Source: Lentisphaeria bacterium (GTDB taxonomy: Bacteria > Verrucomicrobiota > Lentisphaeria > Victivallales > UBA1829). From it: a DNA stretch of 64,000 bases. Of the stretch, positions 36,870-46,086 are shown piece after piece. A model generated the notes under the pieces. That model was not told the DNA's origin, did not search any database, and saw only the letters and a program-made list of their open reading frames with translations. Position 1 is the stretch's first letter. The number at the start of each line of letters is the position of its first letter. The DNA is taken from contig JAGCNI010000019.1 in NCBI GenBank assembly GCA_017646015.1, positions 27,735 to 91,734 of the forward strand, in the 5' to 3' direction. The position numbers were made by a program, and so were the translations under genes.

Positions 36870-37724
36870 ATGGCAGATAAGATCAAAGAGATGCTGAGAG
36901 CGGGAGTGAAAAAGATCGTTTCCCGTTATTCCCCTGTATCTTCTCCGGAAGAAGCGAACTTTTTTCTGGCAAGTTCACACCGCAACCGCGAAATCTTTTT
37001 TGTGGTGGAAGGAACAAGCCGTTACATGTTGAATGGAAATGTTTATGATGCTGAACCCGGAACTCTTTTTATGATCGATCATTGGGAATCTCACGCATTC
37101 GGATACCGTTCCGAGGATAAAAATCTGATTCATTTGTGGATCAATTTCTGGGCATCGGATCAAATCAGTGCATATCTGATGAGTGTCGGCTTGAATGGTG
37201 TGTACCGGATTTTTACAAGACGAATGGCATTTCCTCCGGAATTTCAGATGTTGATCAACCGCCGTTGGGATACACTCAACCAGTTGCAGCATGCAACACA
37301 GGCGGATGTGATGGATTATATGAAACTTCCCCTCGAAACTCTTTTCAATGAGATCATCTTTCAGCTGGATATGGATGAATCGGTTCAGAAAGTGGACGTG
37401 GATTCCATGATCGAATCTTTGAAGAAATATATTCAGACCGCCAACGGACGGGATTGTTCCTATCAGCGTCTGGAGCAGATTTCGGGTTACAGCCGCTATT
37501 ATCTTGCCCACCGTTTCAGGGATTATGTGGGGTGTTCTGTCGGGGCATACATAGATAAAGTCCGTGTGGCATATACCGTGGAGGCATTGCACAACGGACT
37601 GAAACAGAAAGAGATCGCTTTTGAACTTGGTTTTTCTTCCCCCTCGAATTTCTGGCTGTGGCTTCAAAAACACCGCGAAGAAATCCAGAAGGAAGAAAAA
37701 CGGCTCAAATCATCTCTTGATTGA
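36870..37724 (+). CDS. AraC-family transcriptional regulator (cupin + HTH)
   Basis: 284 aa. The C-terminal AraC HTH region includes YSRYYLAHRFRDYVGCSVGAYIDKVRVAY...EIAFELGFSSPSNFWLW. Confidence 0.85.
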   Translation: MADKIKEMLRAGVKKIVSRYSPVSSPEEANFFLASSHRNREIFFVVEGTSRYMLNGNVYDAEPGTLFMIDHWESHAFGYRSEDKNLIHLWINFWASDQISAYLMSVGLNGVYRIFTRRMAFPPEFQMLINRRWDTLNQLQHATQADVMDYMKLPLETLFNEIIFQLDMDESVQKVDVDSMIESLKKYIQTANGRDCSYQRLEQISGYSRYYLAHRFRDYVGCSVGAYIDKVRVAYTVEALHNGLKQKEIAFELGFSSPSNFWLWLQKHREEIQKEEKRLKSSLD

Positions 37725-37747
37725 ACTCAAGATCCCTTTGTTTTTAC

Positions 37748-38737
37748 TTATTGAAAAACGGAATCAAAAGCCTGATTGGAGGCAGAGAAATCCAAGCCTC
37801 TGGTAAATTTCAGTGCATCTGCTGCACCGAATTCACGATCCATACCGCAATCTTCCCATTCAACAGAAAGCGGACCGTTGTAGCCCAGTTTGTTGAGGGT
37901 ACGGATGATCGCTTCAAAATTGATCTTACCGTGACCGGGACTGCGGAAATCCCATCCGCGACGGTCATCACCGAAATTCAGATGAGATGCAAGAATACTG
38001 CTTTCGCCGTCCAGTGTCACTTCTGCATCTTTGATGTGACAATGGTAAATACGATCGGGGAATGCTTTCAGGAATTTCACCGGATCGACTCCCTGCCAGA
38101 AAAGATGACTCGGGTCAAAGTTGAATCCGAATTCCGGACGGTTCCCCAGTGCATCAAGAGCCTGACGGGCAGTGTAAATATCGTATGCGATTTCAGTCGG
38201 ATGGACTTCCAACGCAAATTTGATACCGTATTTTGCATATTCATCCAGGATCGGATTGAATTTTTCAGCGAAATAGCGGAATCCGTTTTCCACATCCTGC
38301 GGTCCCAACGGCGGGAAACTGTATAAGAGATGCCAGATCGGAGAACCGGTAAACCCGGTCACGACTTTGACGCCGAGATTGGCTGCTGCTTTGGCACTTG
38401 CTTTCATACAGCGGATGCCCCATTCCCGTTTGGCTTCTGCATTGCCCGCATATTCAGCGGGTGCAAAACAATCGGAACGGCTGTCATTATTCGGATCGCA
38501 GACGAGTTGTCCGGCGAAGTGATTGCTGATTGCCCAGAGTTTCAGACCGTAAGAAGCCATGGTTTCTTTGATCTTGTCGCAATAGGCTTGATCTTCAGCG
38601 GCTTTTTCAATATCCAGATAACCGCCGAATGTTGCCAGTTCCAAACCGTCATAACCGCATTTCTGAGCCATTTTGCAAAGGGCATCAAACGGCATGTCAC
38701 TGAATTGTGCAGTAAAAAGTGTAACAGGTCTTGCCAT
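37748..38737 (-). CDS. Sugar phosphate isomerase/epimerase (xylose isomerase-like TIM barrel)
   Basis: 329 aa. CGYDGLELA, FALEVHPTEIA, HCHIKD, typical AP-endonuclease-2/XI-like barrel motifs. Confidence 0.8.
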   Translation of the reverse strand: MARPVTLFTAQFSDMPFDALCKMAQKCGYDGLELATFGGYLDIEKAAEDQAYCDKIKETMASYGLKLWAISNHFAGQLVCDPNNDSRSDCFAPAEYAGNAEAKREWGIRCMKASAKAAANLGVKVVTGFTGSPIWHLLYSFPPLGPQDVENGFRYFAEKFNPILDEYAKYGIKFALEVHPTEIAYDIYTARQALDALGNRPEFGFNFDPSHLFWQGVDPVKFLKAFPDRIYHCHIKDAEVTLDGESSILASHLNFGDDRRGWDFRSPGHGKINFEAIIRTLNKLGYNGPLSVEWEDCGMDREFGAADALKFTRGLDFSASNQAFDSVFQ

Positions 38738-38752
38738 GATCGTATTCTCCGT

Positions 38753-39871
38753 TTACAGGGTTGTCCATTTTTCTGTGCCGTTGGAGTTTGCAACGATCGC
38801 TTCCAGGAAACGCATTTCTGCAACCCCTTCTGCCACAGAAGGATAATCTCCGGCTTTTCCGGTACGGATCGCTTCTGCGAACATTTTGTAGATGTTGGCA
38901 AAGGCTTCAATGAATCCTTCCGGATGTCCTGCCGGCAGACGGGAATTCTGAGCGGCGGCTTCGCCGGTTCCCGGCCAACCGCGGCGGAGGACCTGGATCG
39001 GAGCATCATTGGAACGGATGATCAGATTTTCCGGATCCTGTTCCTGCCATTCGAGAGCGGCTTTGTCACCATAAATTTTGAGGATGAAATTATTTTCTTC
39101 ACCGGTTGCGACTTCGCTGGCGAAAATAACACCGCGTGCACCGTTGTCGAAACGCAGCAGAACACTGCCGTCATCATCCAATGCTCTGCCAGGAACAAAG
39201 GTTGCCAGTTCAGCACTGACTTCGCGGATCGGCATTCCGGTCACAAATTCGATCAGGTTCTGTGCATGGGTTCCAATATCAGCCATACAGCCGGAGATAC
39301 CCGCCTGTTTGGGGTCAACACGCCATGCAGCCTGTTTGCCTGCATTGGGAGCGGCAAGCCAGCCGAGAGAATATTCCACATTGACTTTACGGATCGTTCC
39401 CAATGCTCCTTCTGCAATCAGTTGACGTGCCTGACGCACCATCGGGAATCCTGTGTAGTTATGCATCAGACAGAATTGTTTTCCTGTCTTTTTGACCAGA
39501 TCAGCCAGAATCTGAGCTTCTTCCACGCTCATTGCCAGCGGTTTTTCGCAGAGGACATGGAATCCTGCTTCCAGAAATGCTTTTGCAATCGGGAAATGAT
39601 AATAGTTCGGAGTACAGATCGTTACAAAGTCAATACGCTGATCTTCCGGCAGAGCCAGTTCCGCAGTGATCATGGATTGATAATCTGCATATCCGCGTGC
39701 GGGATCCAGATATAATTCTTCTGCATAGGCTTTGGATTTTTCCGGATCACGCCCGAAAACTCCGCTGACCAGTTCGATTTCCCCATCAAGACGTGCTGCA
39801 ATCCTGTGAACAGCACCGATAAATGCGCCGGGACCACCCCCGACCATTCCCATTCTGATCTTACGTTTCAT
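38753..39871 (-). CDS. Gfo/Idh/MocA-family NAD(P)-dependent oxidoreductase
   Basis: 372 aa. Rossmann start IRMGMVGGGPGAFIGAVH, then HVLCEKPLAMSVEEA. Confidence 0.85.
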   Translation of the reverse strand: MKRKIRMGMVGGGPGAFIGAVHRIAARLDGEIELVSGVFGRDPEKSKAYAEELYLDPARGYADYQSMITAELALPEDQRIDFVTICTPNYYHFPIAKAFLEAGFHVLCEKPLAMSVEEAQILADLVKKTGKQFCLMHNYTGFPMVRQARQLIAEGALGTIRKVNVEYSLGWLAAPNAGKQAAWRVDPKQAGISGCMADIGTHAQNLIEFVTGMPIREVSAELATFVPGRALDDDGSVLLRFDNGARGVIFASEVATGEENNFILKIYGDKAALEWQEQDPENLIIRSNDAPIQVLRRGWPGTGEAAAQNSRLPAGHPEGFIEAFANIYKMFAEAIRTGKAGDYPSVAEGVAEMRFLEAIVANSNGTEKWTTL

Positions 39872-40030
39872 AATTCAAGCCAACCTTCCTGCTTAATGAG
39901 TTTCTAAATCTCTTCCGCTTCCGGTTTGAGCGGACCATTTTTTTTGTCGCTGGATTCAAGAATGCCGCATACGGATGAAGCCGATTTTATATCGTGTGAC
40001 TTCTCCGAATGCGACGATCTTCATTTGCAA

Positions 40031-41065
40031 TTATCCTTTCAGCATCGCATTGAGGATATAGTAATTCAATTCTTCATAGTCGCGTTCTGCAACCAGTTTG
40101 TCGATCATGCTGTCATCCATGGAACGGGAGATTTCAAGAAGTTTCAGGAAGATCTTACGGCTGTAATCCAGATGTTTCATATCCACACCGGATTTCTGGG
40201 TACGCATGACTTTAACATCCAAGCCGACCCATTCTCCATCATTACCGAAACCGTGTTTGTCGAGAACCCGGACCTGATTCAGAGCACGGCGGGGATCCAC
40301 TGCGCCGAAGGTGAGGTCCTGGTCAAATTTCAGACCGTTCTGATCATTCAGGTGAACGCTCCACAGTTTTTTGTGTGCCAGAGCAAAACCCATTTCATCG
40401 GAGGGAGAAAGGTTTGCCAACAGAGCATGAGCTGTTTCGATCAGGCATCCCACCCGTTCCGGAGCGTTGGTCATCAGACCCATTGCGATCGCATGACCGA
40501 TCGTGGGGATGTACGTGTGATCCATCGGTTCGTTGGGTTTGGATTCGATCATAACACGGATATTTTTGTCATAATCCAACATGGTCTGGAGAGCTTCTCC
40601 GATCCGTTCTGTTGCAACGACCGGATCTTTTGCTTCGCGGATATAGGTTCCTTCGCGTGCAAGCCACAAGACAATATTACGAGTGCCGAGTGCATTTGCA
40701 ATATCGATCGTGCGTTTGGTGCGTTCGATCGCATATTCACGGCATTTAGCACAATTGTTGGTGTAACCGCCATCAATCGTTTCCGGAGCGAACCACATAC
40801 GCGGAGCCACGAATTCAGCTGTCAGACCGTGATCATCCAGAACTTTTTTCAGGGCTGTTGCTTCTTTGATGATTTCTGCCGGAGAGAGATTTGCCATGTT
40901 CGGAACAGCATCATCGTCATGGAATTGAACTCCGTCAAATCCCATTTTCTTGTAGGCTTCCAGTTTCTGGTTGAAGGGGATCGTATTGCGGACTTCAGGA
41001 CCGAACGGGTCAGCACCTTCATGAATGTTCCACGGACCGAATGAAAAACGGAATGTTCCTTGCAT
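40031..41065 (-). CDS. Xylose isomerase-like TIM-barrel protein (class I XylA-like N-terminus)
   Basis: 344 aa. FRFSFGPWNIHEGADPFGPE...GFDGVQFHDDDAVP resembles actinobacterial-type xylose isomerases. Substrate unknown. Confidence 0.7.
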   Translation of the reverse strand: MQGTFRFSFGPWNIHEGADPFGPEVRNTIPFNQKLEAYKKMGFDGVQFHDDDAVPNMANLSPAEIIKEATALKKVLDDHGLTAEFVAPRMWFAPETIDGGYTNNCAKCREYAIERTKRTIDIANALGTRNIVLWLAREGTYIREAKDPVVATERIGEALQTMLDYDKNIRVMIESKPNEPMDHTYIPTIGHAIAMGLMTNAPERVGCLIETAHALLANLSPSDEMGFALAHKKLWSVHLNDQNGLKFDQDLTFGAVDPRRALNQVRVLDKHGFGNDGEWVGLDVKVMRTQKSGVDMKHLDYSRKIFLKLLEISRSMDDSMIDKLVAERDYEELNYYILNAMLKG

Positions 41066-41156
41066 TGTTGTTTCCTCCTTGCTTGAGTAGTGTTATTTTT
41101 TGAAAAATTCGAGAAACTGTTTACAATATAATCGTTGCAAAATGAAAAACCTTGAC

Positions 41157-41192
41157 TATATTACGAATTATTAGCATTATATTACGAATTAT
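41157..41192 (+). promoter_or_regulatory. Perfect 15-bp direct repeat TATATTACGAATTAT x2 at 21-bp phasing (candidate AraC-type operator overlapping a promoter)
   Basis: Copies at 41157-41171 and 41178-41192, ending 9 nt before ATG 41202. TTGACT (41152-41157), N17 spacer, CATTAT (41175-41180) overlap the repeats. Confidence 0.5.
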
Positions 41193-41201
41193 GGAGATTT
41201 T

Positions 41202-42086
41202 ATGCAGACAATAGTGGCGAACAGAGAGGATTTTTTTCCGATTGGAGGTTGTCCGATCGCATTGAGAACGATTCAGGGGGATGCCCGGGTGCAGCATCGC
41301 GGGGATCTTACCGACCTGCGTCATACGCATGATTTTGCGGAATTGATCATTATCACCAATGGCGGCGGTTTGCACTGGATCAATGGTGTGACATATCCGG
41401 TTTCCGCCGGGGATATTTTTCTGATCCAGGGCAATACCGAACACTATTTTCAGGAACGGCATGACTTGGGAATGTATAATATCATGTTTGATGATTTTTA
41501 TTTGAAAGGACATTTACAGAGTTTACGCAGTCTGCCGGGATTCAACGCATTTTTTCTGTTTGAGCCGACCTACCGCCGCAGACATAAATTCAAAAGCCGT
41601 TTGCACGTTTCACCGGATTCCATGCTGCCGTTGAAAAATCTGCTGCATCTTATGACATCAGAGATCCGCAATGCCAATCCGGGATATGACCTTGTTCTGT
41701 TAGCAAAAGTTTTGGAGATTTTTGTGTTGTTATCCCGCGAATATTCCAAGATCCGTGACCCCCGTGTACGTTCACTTTACCGTCTGGGGGAGGTCATCAG
41801 CCGTCTGGAAAACGGATTCCGGGAAACTTGGACGATCCAGAAAATTTCAAAAATCGCAGCGATGGCTCCGAGTACGCTTCTGCCGGTGTTCAAACGGGTG
41901 ACAGGATATTCCCCGATTGATTATCTGCTGCATGTGCGTTTATCCAAAGCTGCCGAGATCCTTTTGAAAACCGACCGCAGTATTTCGGATATTGCATCAG
42001 AGTGCGGCTTCCCGGATTCCAACTATTTTTCGCGTCAATTCCGGAAGCATTACAACTGTTCTCCACGCGAATACCGTCAGGTATGA
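41202..42086 (+). CDS. AraC-family transcriptional regulator (cupin + HTH)
   Basis: 294 aa. Cupin HTHDFAELIIITNGGGLHWINGVTYPVSAGDIFLI. HTH PIDYLLHVRLSKAAEILLKTDRSISDIASECGFPDSNYFSRQFRKHY. Confidence 0.85.
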   Translation: MQTIVANREDFFPIGGCPIALRTIQGDARVQHRGDLTDLRHTHDFAELIIITNGGGLHWINGVTYPVSAGDIFLIQGNTEHYFQERHDLGMYNIMFDDFYLKGHLQSLRSLPGFNAFFLFEPTYRRRHKFKSRLHVSPDSMLPLKNLLHLMTSEIRNANPGYDLVLLAKVLEIFVLLSREYSKIRDPRVRSLYRLGEVISRLENGFRETWTIQKISKIAAMAPSTLLPVFKRVTGYSPIDYLLHVRLSKAAEILLKTDRSISDIASECGFPDSNYFSRQFRKHYNCSPREYRQV

Positions 42087-42286
42087 CCGTGTGAAATCTC
42101 ATGCAGATCGTGTGAAAATCCTGTTTTTGGAAAAAAATGCCGGAAAAAATGAATTTTTTTTTGAAAAAAAGGTTGACTTTCTTTTGTATTTTTTAAAAAA
42201 AGCGATATACTATGTTTCTTTGAATATTTTTCCGGATGGTCCGGAAAGTAAAGAAGCAATCAGGAATGCAAAAAAGGATGCAAACA

Positions 42287-43993
42287 ATGAAAAAGTACCC
42301 GCAACCCGCAAGCATTCCCGTGAAGAACCGGGAATGGTTGAATCAGGAACTGACGAAATCACCAATTTGGTGTTCCGTGGACCTTCGGGATGGAAATCAG
42401 GCTTTGCCGATGCCCATGAACCCGGAAAAAAAGTTCGAGTACTTCAAGCTTCTTTGCAATGTCGGTTTCAAAGAAATTGAAGTTTCGTTCCCGTCCGCTT
42501 CTCAGGACGATTTTGATTTTGTCCGTAACCTGATCGAAAAGAATGCGATCCCCTCTGATGTCCGGATCTCTGTCCTGACTCAGGCTCGTGAACCTTTGAT
42601 CCGACGGACAGTTGAATCTCTTGTCGGAGTGGAAAATGCGATTCTTCATTTGTATATTGCCACATCAGATTTGCATGAACAAATCGTGTTCAGCAAGAAT
42701 CATGATGAAACATTGAAAGTGGCAGTGGAAGGAACGAAATCTGTGATCCGTTATCTGAAGGAATACGGACTTTATGGCAAGATCGCCTATGAGTTTTCTC
42801 CTGAAGAGTTCACAGACAGTGATCTGGATTATGTGATCGACGTCTGCAAAGCAGTCAAAGAAGCCTGGGGTCCGAGCCGTAAAGAAGACTTCATTCTGAA
42901 TCTGCCCCAGACTGTTGAACGTCGTCCGCCGCATCATTATGCGGATATGATCGCTTATTTTGTAGAACACTATCCGTATATGGATGAAACCACGATCAGT
43001 ATTCACTCCCACAATGACCAGGGGTGTGCTGTTGCCTCCTCTGAGTTTGCTGTGATGGCGGGTGCTGAACGTGTGGAAGGGACTCTGCTCGGTCATGGTG
43101 AACGTACTGGAAATGTGGACATCATTACGATGGCATTGAATCTGGAATCCCGGAATATTGATACCGGTTTGAATTTCTCTGATATGCCGCACATCGTGAA
43201 TGTGATCGAACATGCTACCGGAATCGAAGTCCATGAACGTCATCCCTATGCCGGTTCTCTGGCATTTACAGCATTCTCCGGATCTCATCAGGATGCGATC
43301 CGGAAAGGAATGGAAAATATTGACAAAGCGCGTGAGATCTTCGGTGTTGAATGGAAAGTTCCCTATCTCCATATCGATCCGGCTTCCATCGGCAGAAAAT
43401 ATGAAAAACTGATCCGTATCAATAGTCAGTCCGGAAAAGGCGGTGTGGTCTATGTGCTTGAACATGACTATGGAATTTATCCGCCCAAAGGAATGCACCC
43501 GGAAATCGGGGCTGCGGTTCAGGTTCGTGCCGACCGGAAAGGAAATGAACTCGACGGTTCCGACCTCCTTGATATTTTCAATGAAACATTTGTCAATATC
43601 AAAGGTCCCTTTGCATTGCAGAAATTCAAACGGATCAGTCAGGATGGTCACGACGAAACCAGAGAAGATGCCGAAGTTGAAGTCTGCATCCAGCTCTGCT
43701 TTGACGGCAAAGAAATGGAAGTGCGCGGAATCGGCAACGGTCCTATCTCTGCAACGGTCCATGCGATCCGCAACGAAGCTGCCTTGTATCACTTTGTTCT
43801 GGAAGACTTCTCTGAACGGACTCTCGGAACCAATGCAGATGCCAAGGCGATCGCTTTTGTCGGAGTCCGGAGAAACAGTGATAAAAAACTTTTCTACGGA
43901 GTCGGCGAACATTCCAATATTGATCAGGCTGCGATTTCTGCACTCTTTTCAGCATTGAACCGTGCGATACTTGAGGAGCGTGGTCTTCTGTGA
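42287..43993 (+). CDS. leuA: 2-isopropylmalate synthase (long, LeuA type 2)
   Basis: ORF opens at 42236. I prefer ATG 42287 (MKKYPQPASIP...), 8 nt after AAGGA. PIWCSVDLRDGNQAL, ISIHSHNDQGCAVA, EGTLLGHGERTGN, and a C-terminal LeuA regulatory domain. No leuBCD genes are adjacent. Confidence 0.9.
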   Translation: MKKYPQPASIPVKNREWLNQELTKSPIWCSVDLRDGNQALPMPMNPEKKFEYFKLLCNVGFKEIEVSFPSASQDDFDFVRNLIEKNAIPSDVRISVLTQAREPLIRRTVESLVGVENAILHLYIATSDLHEQIVFSKNHDETLKVAVEGTKSVIRYLKEYGLYGKIAYEFSPEEFTDSDLDYVIDVCKAVKEAWGPSRKEDFILNLPQTVERRPPHHYADMIAYFVEHYPYMDETTISIHSHNDQGCAVASSEFAVMAGAERVEGTLLGHGERTGNVDIITMALNLESRNIDTGLNFSDMPHIVNVIEHATGIEVHERHPYAGSLAFTAFSGSHQDAIRKGMENIDKAREIFGVEWKVPYLHIDPASIGRKYEKLIRINSQSGKGGVVYVLEHDYGIYPPKGMHPEIGAAVQVRADRKGNELDGSDLLDIFNETFVNIKGPFALQKFKRISQDGHDETREDAEVEVCIQLCFDGKEMEVRGIGNGPISATVHAIRNEAALYHFVLEDFSERTLGTNADAKAIAFVGVRRNSDKKLFYGVGEHSNIDQAAISALFSALNRAILEERGLL

Positions 43994-45222
43994 AACCCCG
44001 TCATTTGATAATTGTGATCGGTGTGATCATTCTGGTGCACTTGATTGTTATTCTCGCCTGTTTTTCCGGAGGAGGCAGTTCTTCTCCGGCAGGACAGGAT
44101 GATAAAACAGTGTCTTCCACTTCTTATTCTTATATTTCTGCCGCACGGAAAAAGGTTGCGGCAGAAAATACAGAAAAAGCAGATAATACTGTTTCTGCTG
44201 TTGCAGAGAAAGAACCGGAACCGGCGAAAGAGAAACATATTCTGGATTTGAAATTCCCGGCATTGCGTTATACTCATGCATTGAGCGGTAATATTCCGGA
44301 GATCCCGGAGTCCGCCGGAGCCCGGGCAGGGATCCTTGTGGATGCCGATACCGGAACGGTTCTCTGGGAAAAGAATGGCAGAAAAGCGTTCCCGATCGCA
44401 TCAATGACAAAAATCATGACCTCGCTGATCGCTTATGAAACGATTTTGAATGCAGGGAGCAATCTTTCCCTGCAGACATCTGTACCTGTGACAGCTGCCG
44501 CTCAGAAGATCGGTGGCAGTCAGGTCTGGTTGGATGTCAGAGAGTCTTTCACTTTGGAAGAGCTTCTTCTGGCTGTTGCCGTGAAGAGTGCCAATGATGC
44601 GGCGTATCTTGTTGCAGAATATCTTGGCGGCGGGGATGTGTCGACATTTGTGCACCGGATGAATGTCCGTGCCAAAGAATTGGGCATGCTTCATTCCCGT
44701 TTTTGCAATCCGCACGGCTTGCCGGGTAGTTCATCTTCTCAGGATAACGTGAGCAGTCCGGAAGATATGGTGATTCTTGCGGAACAGTCATTGCGTTATC
44801 CCAAGTTGATGGAGTGGGCATCGACTGTTACAGCTGATTTCCGTAAACCCGGAGTCAAAGGGCATTTGAAGATTGTCAATCATAATAATCTTCTTCCGGG
44901 GCGTCGTTATCCGGCTATCGGTGTGGATGGTTTGAAAACCGGATTTATCAACCGCTCCGGATATTGTGTTACTGTCACATGCAAACGGAATAATAAACGT
45001 TTGATTGCAGTTGTTGTTGGTTTTGACTCTGCCAGGAATCGTGATCTTTTTGTAAAAAAACTTTTGAATTGGGGATATCCCCGGACTGAAGATCCAGCGT
45101 CTGCATTGGTACAGTCCCGTAAGAAAGCTGCAGAAATCGCTGTCCGTAAGAAGACAGTCAAATCTGCCAAATCGGGTCGTAAAAAACCGGCTTCCCGCAC
45201 CAATAAAAAACGGAAAAAATAA
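43990..45222 (+). CDS. D-alanyl-D-alanine carboxypeptidase (S11, PBP5/6-like)
   Basis: 410 aa. GTG start in a GTGA overlap with the leuA stop. SxxK = ASMTKIM, SxN = KSANDAA, KTG = LKTGFI. N-terminal TM and a Lys-rich C-terminal tail. Confidence 0.85.
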   Translation: MKPRHLIIVIGVIILVHLIVILACFSGGGSSSPAGQDDKTVSSTSYSYISAARKKVAAENTEKADNTVSAVAEKEPEPAKEKHILDLKFPALRYTHALSGNIPEIPESAGARAGILVDADTGTVLWEKNGRKAFPIASMTKIMTSLIAYETILNAGSNLSLQTSVPVTAAAQKIGGSQVWLDVRESFTLEELLLAVAVKSANDAAYLVAEYLGGGDVSTFVHRMNVRAKELGMLHSRFCNPHGLPGSSSSQDNVSSPEDMVILAEQSLRYPKLMEWASTVTADFRKPGVKGHLKIVNHNNLLPGRRYPAIGVDGLKTGFINRSGYCVTVTCKRNNKRLIAVVVGFDSARNRDLFVKKLLNWGYPRTEDPASALVQSRKKAAEIAVRKKTVKSAKSGRKKPASRTNKKRKK

Positions 45223-45234
45223 TTGCCGGAGAAA

Positions 45235-46086
45235 ATGCAGATGATTTTCCGGCGAATTCTGTATTACATTATTCCGTGTTTGCTGTTTATTTTATTTTGC
45301 ACAGCCTGTTGTTCGAGTCCATTTCAGTTGAAAACGGCTGAAATGACTCTTCCCGGCTGGGATCCTGCCCACAGGGATGTTACATTCCTTGTTATTTCCG
45401 ATCTGCACCTCCGTCCGGAGATTCTGGATCGCCGTTTTTACAGAGTTCTCGAAAGACGAGTGAAAGAATTGGATCCGGATATTGTTTTTCTGTTGGGGGA
45501 TCTTCTGGATTTCAATTCCAAAGGAAAGATTGCTCCTGTCAAGGAAAAAATGCTTTCCATTCTTTCCAATCTGCGAGGGCGTTACGGCAGTTATGCCGTG
45601 ATCGGGAATCATGAAGTTTATTGCGGAGAAGGTATGTCTGTTGAACTTTTCCAGGAAGCCGGTTATACGGTATTGCAGGATGAATTACAGACTGTTGAGA
45701 TCAATGGCCGTCCGCTCTCTTTTATCGGGGTTCAAGAGGGATATAGACAGAATAAATATCTGCCTGCCCGTTTGAAAGAACTGTTGAAAAAAAATCCGGT
45801 TCCGCTGATTCTCTGTCACCGTCCGGATCTGTTTGATGGTTTCCCGCTTGAAACACCATTTATTTTTTTATCCGGTCACACCCATGGTGGTTTATTTTCC
45901 TTTCCCTTTCTGCGTTCCGGCGTTTTTCATTTCAAAGGGCGGCCGGTGTACCGCAAATATCCGTATGGCATATTCCGTTCCGGGAAGGGCAAGCTGCTTG
46001 TGACCAGTGGTCTTGGTGACAGCAATTATTACAGCCGGTTCAATATTCCGTATGAGGTCGTACTTTTGAAGATCCGTCCGGAGTGA
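45235..46086 (+). CDS. Calcineurin-like metallophosphoesterase (YkuE-type), membrane-anchored
   Basis: I prefer ATG 45235, behind GGAG (the ORF track uses TTG 45223). FLVISDLHL, LLGDLLDF, VIGNHE, LSGHTHGG. Confidence 0.8.
   Translation: MQMIFRRILYYIIPCLLFILFCTACCSSPFQLKTAEMTLPGWDPAHRDVTFLVISDLHLRPEILDRRFYRVLERRVKELDPDIVFLLGDLLDFNSKGKIAPVKEKMLSILSNLRGRYGSYAVIGNHEVYCGEGMSVELFQEAGYTVLQDELQTVEINGRPLSFIGVQEGYRQNKYLPARLKELLKKNPVPLILCHRPDLFDGFPLETPFIFLSGHTHGGLFSFPFLRSGVFHFKGRPVYRKYPYGIFRSGKGKLLVTSGLGDSNYYSRFNIPYEVVLLKIRPE

Noticed and set aside
39956-40024. A 22-codon minus-strand ORF (MKIVAFGEVTRYKIGFIRMRHS) in the 159-nt gap between the XylA-like and Gfo/Idh/MocA genes. It lies behind AAAGGA and is followed by an A8 homopolymer.
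   Set aside because: It is too short, I recognise no family, and the downstream frames give nothing meaningful. It could be a Rossmann-start remnant or chance. It is not supportable as a gene without ribosome profiling or conservation data.
42087-42286. Possible leucine leader peptide, T-box or attenuator upstream of leuA. Also TTGACT (42172) ... TATACT as a promoter, and the direct repeat CGTGTGAAA at 42088 and 42109.
   Set aside because: The small ORFs there are not Leu-rich, and no T-box specifier/antiterminator architecture or terminator hairpin with a T-tract is visible. The TTGACT/TATACT spacing is ~27 nt, too long for a sigma-70 promoter. The 9-nt repeat is short enough to be chance.
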